DNA from: a virus
Direction: 5' to 3' (one strand)
DNA length: 34,956 nucleotides
IMG/VR virus record: IMGVR_UViG_3300021400_000047
The notes under the pieces were generated by a model. It was not told the DNA's origin and did no database searches. It worked only from the letters and a program-made list of their open reading frames with translations. Within the stretch, counting starts at the first letter, position 1. Each line of letters starts with the position of its first letter. The position numbers were made by a program, and so were the translations under genes. Positions 23,829 to 33,271 of the stretch are shown here, piece by piece.

Positions 23829-24255
23829 AATTCTTTAAAACCTCCCTAATAGCTGCTATGTCTGCCTCGGTCATGCCCACGCGTGCCAGTACGTCTACGC
23901 TGTTCATAACCTTTACTACGGTTACGTCCTGCGGTACAGCTACCGATAAGCCCAGCTTTGTTACGCTCTGCTCGTCGCTGCCCTGCTCTGCCTGCACGTT
24001 AGTAACTGTGGTTACATTGCCTTTAGCGTCGCCTGCCTTAAATTCTGCGCCTACCTCTGCCTCTGTGCAGTAAAGTACTGTAACCTCTTTGCGGTTGTTA
24101 CTTATCTGCAAGATATTGCAAGGTATGTAGCGGCGCTCTTCCAGCGCGTCCAGCGCCTCTACCAGTCCTGCTGCCTCAAGCTCGCCAGCCTGTACCATTG
24201 CAAGGCAGTTGTAGTAGTCCTCTTTGGTTTTTAGTTTCTTAGGATACCCTTTCAT
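23821..24255 (-). CDS. Hypothetical tail-fibre-associated protein
   Basis: 144 aa with an 8-nt overlap with the DGR target start. No motif recognised. Confidence 0.5.
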   Translation of the reverse strand: MKGYPKKLKTKEDYYNCLAMVQAGELEAAGLVEALDALEERRYIPCNILQISNNRKEVTVLYCTEAEVGAEFKAGDAKGNVTTVTNVQAEQGSDEQSVTKLGLSVAVPQDVTVVKVMNSVDVLARVGMTEADIAAIREVLKNYE

Positions 24256-24283
24256 GCTTTTTAGCTCCTTTCTTAGTGGTTAC

Positions 24284-25144
24284 CTATGATACAAGATAAG
24301 TACCGCCGCAATAAGCCGCGCCCAGCCATGCTACGGTAGTTATGCTTGCTATCTCCTGTACGTCTCTTTGCAGCTGTGCTATGTCTGCTGCGTTTGTCTC
24401 TATCTCCTGCTGCAAGTGTGTTACTGTTTCCTCGTCTAACAGGTCGTGCAAGGTGTCAAGCCATGCCGCTATATCGTCCTCTGTGTCTGTCTTATAGCCA
24501 GCCAGCCACGCCGTAAACTCGTTAAGCGCGCTTGTAGCTCCCTGCCTGTCGGTGTTAATGTCTGCCAGATAGTTGTTATACTGGCTTATGATCTGCTGCT
24601 CATACTGCCTAAAAAAGTCGTTAAACTGTGCTGTAAGCGTTGTAGCGTCTATCTGGTCTACTACGCCGTGTACGATACCGCAAAGGCTGCTATTATAGCG
24701 CTGGTCTGTAATATTTGCCTGTGTGATACTGGTAACGCCTTTGCCTACCAAAATATCAGCTACGCATAAGTCGTAAATCTCGCTTGTGCGTGTTAGTGAT
24801 CTCGCTACAGGGTTTGCGCTCGGTGTACCCTTAAGCACCGCTATGTAAATCATGCGCTGCGTAATATCCCAGCGTACTATAACGCGGTCTATACGTGGTA
24901 AGCTGCCGTCTGCTGTATCCAGTGTTATGCTAAAGTCCTCTGGATTTCTAAAGGCGTAGCCGTTAATAAACGCATAGCCAGCTTTGGCTAATACCGTCAT
25001 GCCGTTACTTGCTACTACCTGTAGCCCCGTTTCTGGCTTAGGAAAAACGCCGTTACCGATAAATGTAGCAAAGTACCACGCCCAATCCTCTGCTTTTCCT
25101 ACGCGGTCATGGTTAATACTGTTAAATGGTAAATAATTTAGCAT
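24284..25144 (-). CDS. Putative tail fibre / baseplate protein
   Basis: 286 aa. Located in the distal tail block, with a C-terminal coiled-coil segment. Function assigned by position only. Confidence 0.45.
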   Translation of the reverse strand: MLNYLPFNSINHDRVGKAEDWAWYFATFIGNGVFPKPETGLQVVASNGMTVLAKAGYAFINGYAFRNPEDFSITLDTADGSLPRIDRVIVRWDITQRMIYIAVLKGTPSANPVARSLTRTSEIYDLCVADILVGKGVTSITQANITDQRYNSSLCGIVHGVVDQIDATTLTAQFNDFFRQYEQQIISQYNNYLADINTDRQGATSALNEFTAWLAGYKTDTEDDIAAWLDTLHDLLDEETVTHLQQEIETNAADIAQLQRDVQEIASITTVAWLGAAYCGGTYLVS

Positions 25145-25149
25145 TGCCG

Positions 25150-26304
25150 TTACCTCACTCTCTTAATTTTCTCTACCAGTGTCGGCAGGCTCTCGCCAAA
25201 GGTTGCTTGTATCTCTTCCTGCCCTTTCTGGTAAACTTCCTGTACCTCTGTTATGCGCGCGTCTATTCTTAAGCCCCAGCTGCGCTCTAAGCAGGTTATA
25301 CGGTCGCCTAAGTTAAAATCGTCCTTAAATCTTAGGTTACTTGCCGTGTTAATCGTGCTTACAAAGTTCATGCGCTCGCCGTAGTTTTCCAGCTCGGTAG
25401 CGCCTCTGGTACGCAGCATAGCAAGGTACGTATTTAACGGTATCGGCACGCTTGTGCCGCCGCTCTCATAGCTGCGGCTTATGTCGCTTGCGTCTATAAA
25501 AACCTCGTCCAGCTCTAAGCCCTGCTTGTTGCCGCCGTCCACGGTAGCTACTGGCTGTGCGCCCGCCTCGTCCGCAGCTCCCTGCACGTATGTAAAGTTT
25601 TTATAGCTCTCTATGCTGTCCTCGTACTCTTGCCCGTTTACATTGTCAAAGTCTCTGCTAAAGATACAGGGCGGGTTACCTGCGCTGTTACCCGCTGTAA
25701 GGTCGTCGCCCTTGTAGAGATAAAAGCCGTAGAGCTTGTCGCGCTCGTTTACTAAAATGTCATAGCCCAGCTTACCGCTTACTGCTACGTCCTTTACCTC
25801 GCTGCCTAAGTCTACGTACAGCTCGTTTGAGTAGTCCACGCTGCTGCCGCCGTAGCTATCCTGCGCAAGTACTGTAAACTGCGTAAACTTTCTCTTTGTG
25901 GTGGCATTTGCGCCGCAGTTATTTGCTACCAGTGCGTTTATGATCTGCTGGCACGTTGCGGTAGTTACCAGCTGCGGCGTTACCACTCTCTTGCTTAACC
26001 ACTTAGAAAGCATAAAGCCTTGTGCCTCTATCTGCTCCTGCCCGCGCTCGTCTTTCGTGATATGTACGTACATTATCTGTGCAGCCCTGCGCCATATGCC
26101 GCCGCTACCGTCCTCTACTTCCTTTTTGCCGTCGTGCTTTATGATAATGTTACCCATGCTAAGCAGGTTGCTGTTATTGTCCGTTACTGGTGCAAGCAGG
26201 TTAAACGTGCCTACGTCAAAGTATTTAATAGTCCATAACAGGCTTGCTATTTCGTCCACAATGCCTAACGGCTCTAATGCCTTGTCGAATACTCTAAGCT
26301 CCAT
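25150..26304 (-). CDS. Tail-associated (Tal-like / siphovirus Gp37-like) protein
   Basis: 384 aa immediately after Dit. N-terminus MELRVFDK..LEPLGIVDEIASLLWTIKY resembles the Gp37-like family. Confidence 0.55.
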   Translation of the reverse strand: MELRVFDKALEPLGIVDEIASLLWTIKYFDVGTFNLLAPVTDNNSNLLSMGNIIIKHDGKKEVEDGSGGIWRRAAQIMYVHITKDERGQEQIEAQGFMLSKWLSKRVVTPQLVTTATCQQIINALVANNCGANATTKRKFTQFTVLAQDSYGGSSVDYSNELYVDLGSEVKDVAVSGKLGYDILVNERDKLYGFYLYKGDDLTAGNSAGNPPCIFSRDFDNVNGQEYEDSIESYKNFTYVQGAADEAGAQPVATVDGGNKQGLELDEVFIDASDISRSYESGGTSVPIPLNTYLAMLRTRGATELENYGERMNFVSTINTASNLRFKDDFNLGDRITCLERSWGLRIDARITEVQEVYQKGQEEIQATFGESLPTLVEKIKRVR

Positions 26305-26307
26305 GCT

Positions 26308-27201
26308 TTATACCCCCAGATACTTAGCGTTATAAACCAGTGATACTTCCATAGCGTTTACCCCGCTGCCTGCGTCGTATCTAAAGATATTGTCGCCTAT
26401 GTTGAGCTGCATAAAGGTGCTGTCTACGTCTATGTAGCGGTAGTAGTCTATTGTTTCGCCGTTCCTGTAAAGGGTAGCGCCCTTGCTGCCGTACTCTGTG
26501 TTTACCTCTATAACGTCGCCTGTTTGCATGGTGGCATTGATCTGTATAAACTCCAAAGTATCCACGTTAAGCAGTATAGGATTTTCTACAGTTCCCAGCG
26601 CGCTAAAACGTATGCGCATACCTGTTGCTACGTCGCCGCTGTTGTAGCAGTCTACAATTATGCTTTGCTCGCGGTAGCCCCATATCATGCTTGTATCGTC
26701 CTCTAAGTCTATGTCGTATGGAAACTCCCACGCGCCTACCCAGCTGGCTATATCCTCGCGTATTTCGTCCTCTTCCTGCCAAAAAGGGTTACTACAGCGT
26801 AGCGTAAGCTCAAACTGTACAAGCGGGTTGCCCTGTTTTCTGTAAAACTCTGGCGTATCGTCCACTGTACACTTTATTACCCTCTTAAAGTCTCCGTACT
26901 CATACGTAAGCACGCCCTCTAACTCTGGGTTAAGCGTCTTAAGCGCCCTGCGGCGCAAGGTGTAAGCATAGTCTTTGCTCTTAGAGTTTATCGCACCCGC
27001 TACTTTGATCTCGCGCGGTTCTATGTGCATACCCGTTTTTGTTTCCCCGTGCTGCCCCATAGAGCTTGTGCCGTAAATCTCGTTTTGTATGTCCGATATG
27101 CCCGTAACGTCTGTGCTTACGTTTACATGGTATAAGCTCTGCGTGCTAAGCTCTATGCTTTCGCCTCTGCTGTTTGTATAGGTTAGCTTTTCAATACTCA
27201 T
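26308..27201 (-). CDS. Distal tail protein (Dit)
   Basis: 297 aa directly after the tape measure. LTYTNSRGESIEL...NPELEGVLTYE... typical of the siphovirus tail family protein. Confidence 0.7.
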   Translation of the reverse strand: MSIEKLTYTNSRGESIELSTQSLYHVNVSTDVTGISDIQNEIYGTSSMGQHGETKTGMHIEPREIKVAGAINSKSKDYAYTLRRRALKTLNPELEGVLTYEYGDFKRVIKCTVDDTPEFYRKQGNPLVQFELTLRCSNPFWQEEDEIREDIASWVGAWEFPYDIDLEDDTSMIWGYREQSIIVDCYNSGDVATGMRIRFSALGTVENPILLNVDTLEFIQINATMQTGDVIEVNTEYGSKGATLYRNGETIDYYRYIDVDSTFMQLNIGDNIFRYDAGSGVNAMEVSLVYNAKYLGV

Positions 27202-30200
27202 GCGTATACCGCCCTTGCTATTGTCTTAAAGTTTCTGGCTGCCTCGCGCTGCTGCCTTGCGTAGTCCTGCTCGTTTGCGTAAATGTACTGGTTTACTACC
27301 AGCCCACCTGCTGCCCTCGCTCTGCTTACGCCTGCTGCCTCTACGCCGCCTACCTTTACGCGTGGCTCTACGTCAAACTCTGTAGGTATGCTGTCCTGCA
27401 TTACCTTAGCTACGCTGCCCATTTCCTGTTCAAAGCCTACGCCGATACCCTGCGCTGCAAACTTTCCTACCTCGTCTCTAAATTTCTTTGACGGGCTTTC
27501 AATTCCCAGCGCGTCCTTAGCTGCGTCCAAAAGGCTTTTTGCAAGGTTTTTAACCTTGTCTTTAAGCCAGTCCCAGCCAGCGCTTATGCCGTTCCAGATA
27601 CCGTTTACAATGTTGCTGCCTATGTTCTTAAAGTCCTCGCCTATGTTGCTAAAGGCATTTTTAATACCGTTTACTGCATTGTTCATGCCCTCTACGGCTT
27701 TGTTCTTTACCTCGTTGCCCCACTCTGCGATTTTGGATACAGCCCCAGATACCGCGTTATAAATCTTTGTAGGCACTTCTTTTACAATGTTCACAATGCC
27801 AGTTACCATAGAGTTCATAACCTCTTTGGCTTTGTTAATCATGTTTGTGCCCCACGTAGCAATTTTGGTTACTGCGTCCGCTACTGCGTTCCATATCTTT
27901 GTAGGCACTTCTTTTACAATGTTCACAATGCCAGTTACCATAGAGTTCATAACCTCTTTGGCTTTGTTAATCATGTTTGTGCCCCACGTAGCTACCTTTG
28001 TAACCGCTCCTACTACGGCGTTCCAGATTTTCTGCGGTACTTCCTTAACGATATTTACAATGCCAGTTACCATGCTGTTCATAACGTCGCGTGCTTTATT
28101 CTGCATATTTAAGCCCCACGTAGCCACGCGTACTACCGCGTCTACTATTGCGTTCCAGATTTTCTGCGGCGTTTCCTGCGTAATGGTAACAATGCCGTTA
28201 AGCATTGTAGTCATTACCTCTTTAGCCTTGTTAAGCATATTAGTGCCCCACTGCTGCACGGTGTTAATGGCATTTGCTAAAGTCTCGTTAAGTTTCTGTG
28301 GCAGCTCTGTAATGCCGTTTATCATACCCTGTACTATGTAGTCGCCCTGCTCTTCCATAACGGTACTTGGGCTGTGGATACCAAAAAAGCCTTTAATACC
28401 GTCCAGTATGCCGCCGCCTAACGTCTTTGCAGCCTCAAATACTGCGCTTACACCGCCTACAAGTCCATTTACAATACCTGTGATAATGTTAGGCACTGCC
28501 TCTGCCAGCCCTGCTATAACGTCTGGTATAGCCTCTATGATCTGCCCAAACAGGTCTTTAGCTCCTGTAAGCAGCTTTGGTATACCGTCTGCAAGTGCCG
28601 TGGCAATGGTTGTAATGATCTCTGGCAGCGCATTTGCAAGCGCTACTATAATGTCTGGCAATGCCTCTAAGATAGCCATAAACAGCTTTATGCTGCCCTC
28701 AATAATCAAAGGCATACCAGTTATAAGCCCGTTTACTATCGCCTCTATGATCTGCGGCAGCGCGTTTATAAGTGCGTCGATAATTGTAGGTATAGCCTCT
28801 ACAATAGCCATAAGCATTGTTATAGCTCCGTCGATAATAAGCGGTATTGCCTTTATAAGCGCGTCTATAATGTTCGTTATGATCTCTGGCAGCGCATTTA
28901 CAATAGCTACAATTACCTGCGGTATAGCCTCTACGATACCGCAAAGCAGCTGTATGCCTGCCTCAATAATCATAGGGATATTTTGTATAAGCATATTCAC
29001 AATGCCTATAACTACCTCTACAATTTGTGGCAGTAATGTAGGTAGCGCCTGCGCAATGCCCTGCGCCAGTGTTACTATGATCTCTACGCCTGCCTGTAAA
29101 ATCTGTGGTAAAGCGTCAAGTAGCACGCCTATAAGCTGGGTAGCCGTGTTTAGTACTACCTCAATAAGCGTAGGCAGCGCCTGTGTGATACCGTCCACCA
29201 AAGCTGCAAGCAGTGTAGGCAATGCCTCTAAAAGCGCTGTGCCCACGCTGGTAATAGCGTTTAAAATCGTAGGTACTGCCTGCGATATATTGTTTACTAT
29301 GCCAGTAATGCCCTCTTTAATCTTTTCGCCTGCGGTGTCATTTCCTGCCATAAGGTCGCTTAAGCCGTCCATTACGCTGGATATACTCGGCAAAAAGTCG
29401 CCCATAAGCCTATTTTTTAAGCCGTTAAAAGTGCCCTGCAAACGGGTTAAGCTATCCTCAAACGCTGCGCTTGCTGCTACTGCGTCCTCGCTCATTACCA
29501 TGCCGTATGCGTCTGCCTCTTCCATAAGCTCTTTAATGCCCTCGCTACCGCTGTTAAGCAGTGGCAAAAGCTCTGCTGCGCTCTTTCCAAAGATTTCATT
29601 AGCCGCAGCGTTGCGCGCTGTCTCGTCGTCCATAGCTGCCAGCGCGTCTATGCTTTCCATAAGCACTTGCTCTGTGCTCTTTAAGCTGCCGTCTGTATTC
29701 TTAAGAGATACGCCCAGCGCTGCAAACTTATTGCCTGCGCCCTCTACGCCCTGCTGTGCCTTGCCCAGCTCGTCCGTAATGTTCTTTACGCCTTTCTTAA
29801 GGTCGTCTATGCTGCTACCGCTGCGTTCGCAGGCGTAGCTAAGCTCTTGGTAAAGGCTGCTGCTTATCTGTAATTTTTGGCTTTCCTTGTCTATCTCGTC
29901 GCCTGCTGCCGCTGTGTCGTTTGCCATATCCCATATAGCCTTACCAGCTGCTACAGCTGCTGTGCCGATAGCTGCAAGGGCTGTGCCGATAGCTGCGCCC
30001 ACGGTCTTAAGTTTGCTGCCTAAGCCCTCAAACTTGCCACCTGCGTCCTCTGCCTGCTTTCCGCTTTCTTTCGTCTCGTCGCCCAGCTCGTCCATTTCCT
30101 TTGCGGTCTTATCCAGCTCTGCGCCAGTCTGGGTAAGTGCAGTCTTGGCATAGTTTAACTGCGTTTCCAGCTTTTTTGTTTCCTCGCTGTCCTCGCCAGT

Positions 30201-30458
30201 TTCCTTGCGGCATTTCTCTAAGGCTTTCTCTGTCTCTTCTACCTTTTTCTTTTGCGCGTCAAAAGTCTTTTGTAAGGTATCCTGCTTAGCCTTAAGCGTA
30301 TCCATGCTCGCGCCGTTTGCTTTGTACTCTGCTGTTACTAACTTCATTTCAGAGTTAAGTACTTTAAGGTTGCTGTTAATATCCTTAACAGCTGCCTTGT
30401 ACGCTGCCTCGCCGTCAAACGATAATTTAGTTTTTACCTGTTTTGTGGTATCTGCCAT
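27198..30458 (-). CDS. Tape measure protein
   Basis: 1086 aa. N-terminal coiled coil, a long hydrophobic ALP.II periodic region, and 44-aa tandem repeats. Follows the G/GT chaperone. Confidence 0.9.
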   Translation of the reverse strand: MADTTKQVKTKLSFDGEAAYKAAVKDINSNLKVLNSEMKLVTAEYKANGASMDTLKAKQDTLQKTFDAQKKKVEETEKALEKCRKETGEDSEETKKLETQLNYAKTALTQTGAELDKTAKEMDELGDETKESGKQAEDAGGKFEGLGSKLKTVGAAIGTALAAIGTAAVAAGKAIWDMANDTAAAGDEIDKESQKLQISSSLYQELSYACERSGSSIDDLKKGVKNITDELGKAQQGVEGAGNKFAALGVSLKNTDGSLKSTEQVLMESIDALAAMDDETARNAAANEIFGKSAAELLPLLNSGSEGIKELMEEADAYGMVMSEDAVAASAAFEDSLTRLQGTFNGLKNRLMGDFLPSISSVMDGLSDLMAGNDTAGEKIKEGITGIVNNISQAVPTILNAITSVGTALLEALPTLLAALVDGITQALPTLIEVVLNTATQLIGVLLDALPQILQAGVEIIVTLAQGIAQALPTLLPQIVEVVIGIVNMLIQNIPMIIEAGIQLLCGIVEAIPQVIVAIVNALPEIITNIIDALIKAIPLIIDGAITMLMAIVEAIPTIIDALINALPQIIEAIVNGLITGMPLIIEGSIKLFMAILEALPDIIVALANALPEIITTIATALADGIPKLLTGAKDLFGQIIEAIPDVIAGLAEAVPNIITGIVNGLVGGVSAVFEAAKTLGGGILDGIKGFFGIHSPSTVMEEQGDYIVQGMINGITELPQKLNETLANAINTVQQWGTNMLNKAKEVMTTMLNGIVTITQETPQKIWNAIVDAVVRVATWGLNMQNKARDVMNSMVTGIVNIVKEVPQKIWNAVVGAVTKVATWGTNMINKAKEVMNSMVTGIVNIVKEVPTKIWNAVADAVTKIATWGTNMINKAKEVMNSMVTGIVNIVKEVPTKIYNAVSGAVSKIAEWGNEVKNKAVEGMNNAVNGIKNAFSNIGEDFKNIGSNIVNGIWNGISAGWDWLKDKVKNLAKSLLDAAKDALGIESPSKKFRDEVGKFAAQGIGVGFEQEMGSVAKVMQDSIPTEFDVEPRVKVGGVEAAGVSRARAAGGLVVNQYIYANEQDYARQQREAARNFKTIARAVYA
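27637..28300 (-). repeat. About five in-frame tandem repeats of 132 bp (44 aa) inside the tape measure gene
   Basis: 27769-27860 is identical to 27901-27992 (92 bp); flanking copies are diverged. Protein unit: TWGTNMINKAKEVMNSMVTGIVNIVKEVPTKIWNAVADAVTKIA. Confidence 0.8.
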
Positions 30459-30461
30459 TTA

Positions 30462-31066
30462 TTACAATCCCCCTAACGCTATGTCTATGTCGTCCAGCTG
30501 TTCTGCGCCAGCTGCTACGCCTGTGCGCTGGGTACTCCCAAACTGCAAAGGGTTATACTCTTTGTGGTACTTAAATAGTTTTATGATCTGGTACGGCGTT
30601 TTGTGCCATGCCTCTGCCTCTGTAAAGCGCAGCATGGTTACTGCTATATAAAGCAGGCGCGCCGTGTCTAATTCTGCGGCGCGCTCGCTAAGTTTCCCTC
30701 GTCGTCCTCGTCGCCGTCCTCGTCTGTCTCGTCGTCCTCGGTCTTTTCTCCACCGCCTGCGCCGTAAGCAAACGACGCATAAATAGCGTTTTGCACGTCC
30801 GTAAGGTTTCCTACATGGATTAGCTTACCTACCTGCTGCTCTGTTACCTCTGCCTCTCCCTCGCTCATGCCCTCGTTAATAAGCAAAGTAAACAGCCACT
30901 TAAGGTCTTTAACCATGTTAGGGTTGTCTGTATTAAAAATCTCGTCCAGTTTGTCATACCCGCCAAAGCGATCTTGTACCGCGTCTAAGGCGTTCAAGTC
31001 AAAAAGTAAATGATATGTTTTCCCGTTTAGCTCAATAGGGTATCTGCCGTCTTTAATTGCGCTCAT
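30462..31066 (-). CDS. Tail assembly chaperone GT fusion, made by a -1 programmed frameshift (about 201 aa)
   Basis: The -1 frame is open from the slippery site to the TAA at 30464-30462, 3 nt before the tape measure ATG. Extension reads LSERAAELDTARLLYIAVTMLRFTEAEAWHKTPYQIIKLFKYHKEYNPLQFG... Confidence 0.7.
30668..31066 (-). CDS. Tail assembly chaperone (G-like)
   Basis: 132 aa with an acidic C-tail. Lies between the major tail and tape measure genes. Confidence 0.75.
   Translation of the reverse strand: MSAIKDGRYPIELNGKTYHLLFDLNALDAVQDRFGGYDKLDEIFNTDNPNMVKDLKWLFTLLINEGMSEGEAEVTEQQVGKLIHVGNLTDVQNAIYASFAYGAGGGEKTEDDETDEDGDEDDEGNLASAPQN
30692..30698 (-). promoter_or_regulatory. -1 frameshift slippery heptamer G GGA AAC
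   Basis: Minus-strand GGGAAAC in X XXY YYZ phase relative to the G frame (GAG GGA AAC), 8 codons before the G stop. Confidence 0.65.
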
Positions 31067-31094
31067 TGTATCTTATCCTCTTTTCTTTCAAATA

Positions 31095-31119
31095 AGGGCG
31101 CAGCGCCTCTGGCTGCGCC
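31095..31119 (-). terminator. Hairpin / partial terminator after the major tail gene
   Basis: 9-bp GC stem gggcgcagc / gctgcgccc with a 7-nt loop, followed on the minus transcript by UUAUUUGAAAG. Confidence 0.5.
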
Positions 31120-31153
31120 CGTTGTCTTACGTGCTCGTGATCTCGTCAGCTGT

Positions 31154-31759
31154 TTAAGGGTTGCTTGTACCGCTGCCACTTGTACCGCTACCGCTTGTGC
31201 CGCTTGTAGAGCTTGCAGGGCTGTAAGTCTTAACAGCAGAAAACCAGCCAGCTGCTACAGTGTCTGTAGGCTCTGCTACGTAGTCTGCTTTCCACTTACC
31301 AGTACCTACGGTCTTGTAAATAGTGCCCTTAATCTCTGGTGTCTGGAAGTTGATACTTTCGCCCTTAGTCTCGTAGCTCTCGTCTGGTGCAGCAAACTGT
31401 ACACGCTGTAACCATACATACTTGTACTTGCCGCCAGTCTTTTTGGCTCTAAAGCCTACTGCTACGTAAGGTGCCTCGTCGTCGCCTGCCCATACTACGC
31501 CGTTTTCGTCTACGATCTGCCCCAAAAGCTCTGCTACTACCTCTGGTGCAAGCTCCTTAATGCCTAATGTAAGGTCGCCGCTTACAAACTCCTTAACGCT
31601 TTCGCTAAGCGCGTCGTCTGCAAAAAGCTTAGCCTCTGCTGTCTTAACAGCAAGGTTAGCTTTCATAGCCTCTGCCATTTTCTTAGGCGTTCCGTAGGTT
31701 TCTACGCCGTTTGTCATAGTGATAACTGCGTAGTAAAGGTCTTTAAGTCCTAAAGTCAT
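31154..31759 (-). CDS. Major tail protein (phi13-like)
   Basis: 201 aa. MTLGLKDLYYAV...YGTPKKMAEAM...FADD pattern of phi13-family major tail proteins. C-terminal SSTSGTSGSGTSGSGTS low-complexity tail. Confidence 0.8.
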   Translation of the reverse strand: MTLGLKDLYYAVITMTNGVETYGTPKKMAEAMKANLAVKTAEAKLFADDALSESVKEFVSGDLTLGIKELAPEVVAELLGQIVDENGVVWAGDDEAPYVAVGFRAKKTGGKYKYVWLQRVQFAAPDESYETKGESINFQTPEIKGTIYKTVGTGKWKADYVAEPTDTVAAGWFSAVKTYSPASSTSGTSGSGTSGSGTSNP

Positions 31760-31763
31760 TGTT

Positions 31764-32096
31764 TTATACCTCGCTTTCTATCAGTTCCTCAATGGTTAAG
31801 GGTATAAACGTGTAGCCCGTTTCCTCGTCCAGCTGCTCTGCGTCGATAGAGTTTACGTAATACCCTGCTGCCTTTAATGCTGTCTTTAGTGCCGTAAGCG
31901 TTGCCTCGTAGTCGCCTTTACTAAAAAGCGTTACGCGCCATATGCGTTGCGTGCTCTTTTCCTCGTCGTCTGCGGATAAAGCCGCCTGCTCTAACACGCG
32001 CATAAAGGTGCAGTACTGGCGTGGCTTACTCTTTGCCGTGTATATGTTCCTTTCGGCTGGTACTACGCTTGTAAGCGTTTCTAAAAGTGTTGCCAT
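31764..32096 (-). CDS. Tail completion / tail terminator-like protein
   Basis: 110 aa. Lies between the gp10-like protein and the major tail protein. Assigned by position only. Confidence 0.5.
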   Translation of the reverse strand: MATLLETLTSVVPAERNIYTAKSKPRQYCTFMRVLEQAALSADDEEKSTQRIWRVTLFSKGDYEATLTALKTALKAAGYYVNSIDAEQLDEETGYTFIPLTIEELIESEV

Positions 32097-32115
32097 GCGA
32101 TCTGCTGCCCCTTTC

Positions 32116-32583
32116 CTACCCTAACGTCTTGTCTACGTACCTGCTCCATATTTCCTGCGCCTTTTCGTAGCCTTTCTGCTCCGCTTTCGCGTTGCCTTGC
32201 GTAAACCACGGGCGCGCTGGTATAGAGCTTGTGCCGTATTCAAAGATAAAGCCGATAGTGGCATATCTTACGTTACCTCGTCTGCTTTTGCCCTTTCTTT
32301 TGTTGCTGCCGCCGCCGTACTCTGCTGGGTGGTCTGCTTTTCCCTCTGGGCATATGTCACATACAAGCGCTGTGCCGTCTCTGCGTATGGTACTGGCTTT
32401 TATGCTATTCATAAAACCGCCTGTTTTACGTATGCCGTAGCCGCCTGCTGCCGCTTTGTGCTCTTGTACGTAAATTTCTGCGGTTGCTGTAAGCATTTCC
32501 TGTACCGCTGCCTCTGCGCCCTCTTCATGCCTCATAAAAGCGCTGCTTAGTTCGTCCATGCCCTCTACGTTAAACTCTGCCAC
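32116..32583 (-). CDS. HK97 gp10-like head-tail joining protein
   Basis: 155 aa. N-terminal MAEFNVEGMDEL... and ...YGTSSIPARPW resemble the HK97-gp10 family. Confidence 0.65.
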   Translation of the reverse strand: MAEFNVEGMDELSSAFMRHEEGAEAAVQEMLTATAEIYVQEHKAAAGGYGIRKTGGFMNSIKASTIRRDGTALVCDICPEGKADHPAEYGGGSNKRKGKSRRGNVRYATIGFIFEYGTSSIPARPWFTQGNAKAEQKGYEKAQEIWSRYVDKTLG

Positions 32584-32585
32584 TT

Positions 32586-32930
32586 TTACCCCTCGCTTTC
32601 TGCGGTGTTATGCGGCTGCTGCCGCAGGTCGCTAAGTGTAAGCTCTATGGTGTCGTCGTTTAGCTCGTAGGTCTTAAGTATCTGGTAACGCTTGCCCATA
32701 AACTCTGCAAGTTGCTGCCCGCTGTAGTCTACGGTGTGTACGTCTACCTTAAAGTCTACTTGTATACCCGCCTGCTGGCTCTTAAAAAACTCTTGATAGC
32801 CTACGGGCTTTTTATTGCAGTATACGGTTGTCTCTGTCTCTACCAGCTCGTTAGGAAAGCCGTTAGCGTCCAGTCTCTCTGCTGGCTCGGTCTGCGCTAT
32901 AAGCGTTATCTCGTCTGCCCAGATAGCCAT
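32586..32930 (-). CDS. Head closure / head-tail adaptor protein
   Basis: 114 aa. ...DANGFPNE..ETTVYCNKKPVGYQEFF.AQQAGIQVDFKV.VH..DY pattern of SPP1 gp16-like head closure proteins. Confidence 0.65.
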   Translation of the reverse strand: MAIWADEITLIAQTEPAERLDANGFPNELVETETTVYCNKKPVGYQEFFKSQQAGIQVDFKVDVHTVDYSGQQLAEFMGKRYQILKTYELNDDTIELTLSDLRQQPHNTAESEG

Positions 32931-32931
32931 A

Positions 32932-33255
32932 TTATTCGCCTGCCCCAGCGTCTTGGGTGTCCGTTTCGGATACTCGCCCGCCGTTGTAGTCCATATCTAA
33001 GCATAGGCTCATTTTTTGCAGGTCGTAGCTCTGGCGGTATTGCTCTCCTTTGCCATTAAAGTTAAACTCTGCCCTACAAAATAACGTAATAGCCCTAACT
33101 ATAAGCGCGTCCGTTTCGTCTATCGTTTCTACGCCTGTGGCTGCAAGGTCAGCCTTGCACGCCTCTATTACGTCGTTAATTTCGCCTGTGATAGCCTCGC
33201 CAGTATTTGCAATGCGCAGCGCCGCGCGCATTTTTTCGGTTAATACAGTCGCCAT
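32932..33255 (-). CDS. gp6-like head-tail connector protein
   Basis: 107 aa. LRI...D.VIEACKADL...ALIVRAITLFCRAEFN pattern. Confidence 0.65.
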   Translation of the reverse strand: MATVLTEKMRAALRIANTGEAITGEINDVIEACKADLAATGVETIDETDALIVRAITLFCRAEFNFNGKGEQYRQSYDLQKMSLCLDMDYNGGRVSETDTQDAGAGE

Positions 33256-33271
33256 GCTGCGCCCCTTTCTG

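Noticed and set aside
27637-28300. Regularly spaced repeats that could be mistaken for a CRISPR array.
   Set aside because: The period is 132 bp with no repeat/spacer alternation. The units are in frame and encode a repeated 44-aa tape measure segment. There are no cas genes.
27283-29838. Plus-strand ORFs 27283-27762, 27787-28341 and 28408-29838 (up to 476 aa).
   Set aside because: All are antisense to the tape measure gene. Their repetitive Ser/Ile/Ala/Phe sequence mirrors the tape measure repeats. The same reasoning applies to every other plus-strand ORF in the track, including 30205-30651, which covers the GT frameshift region.
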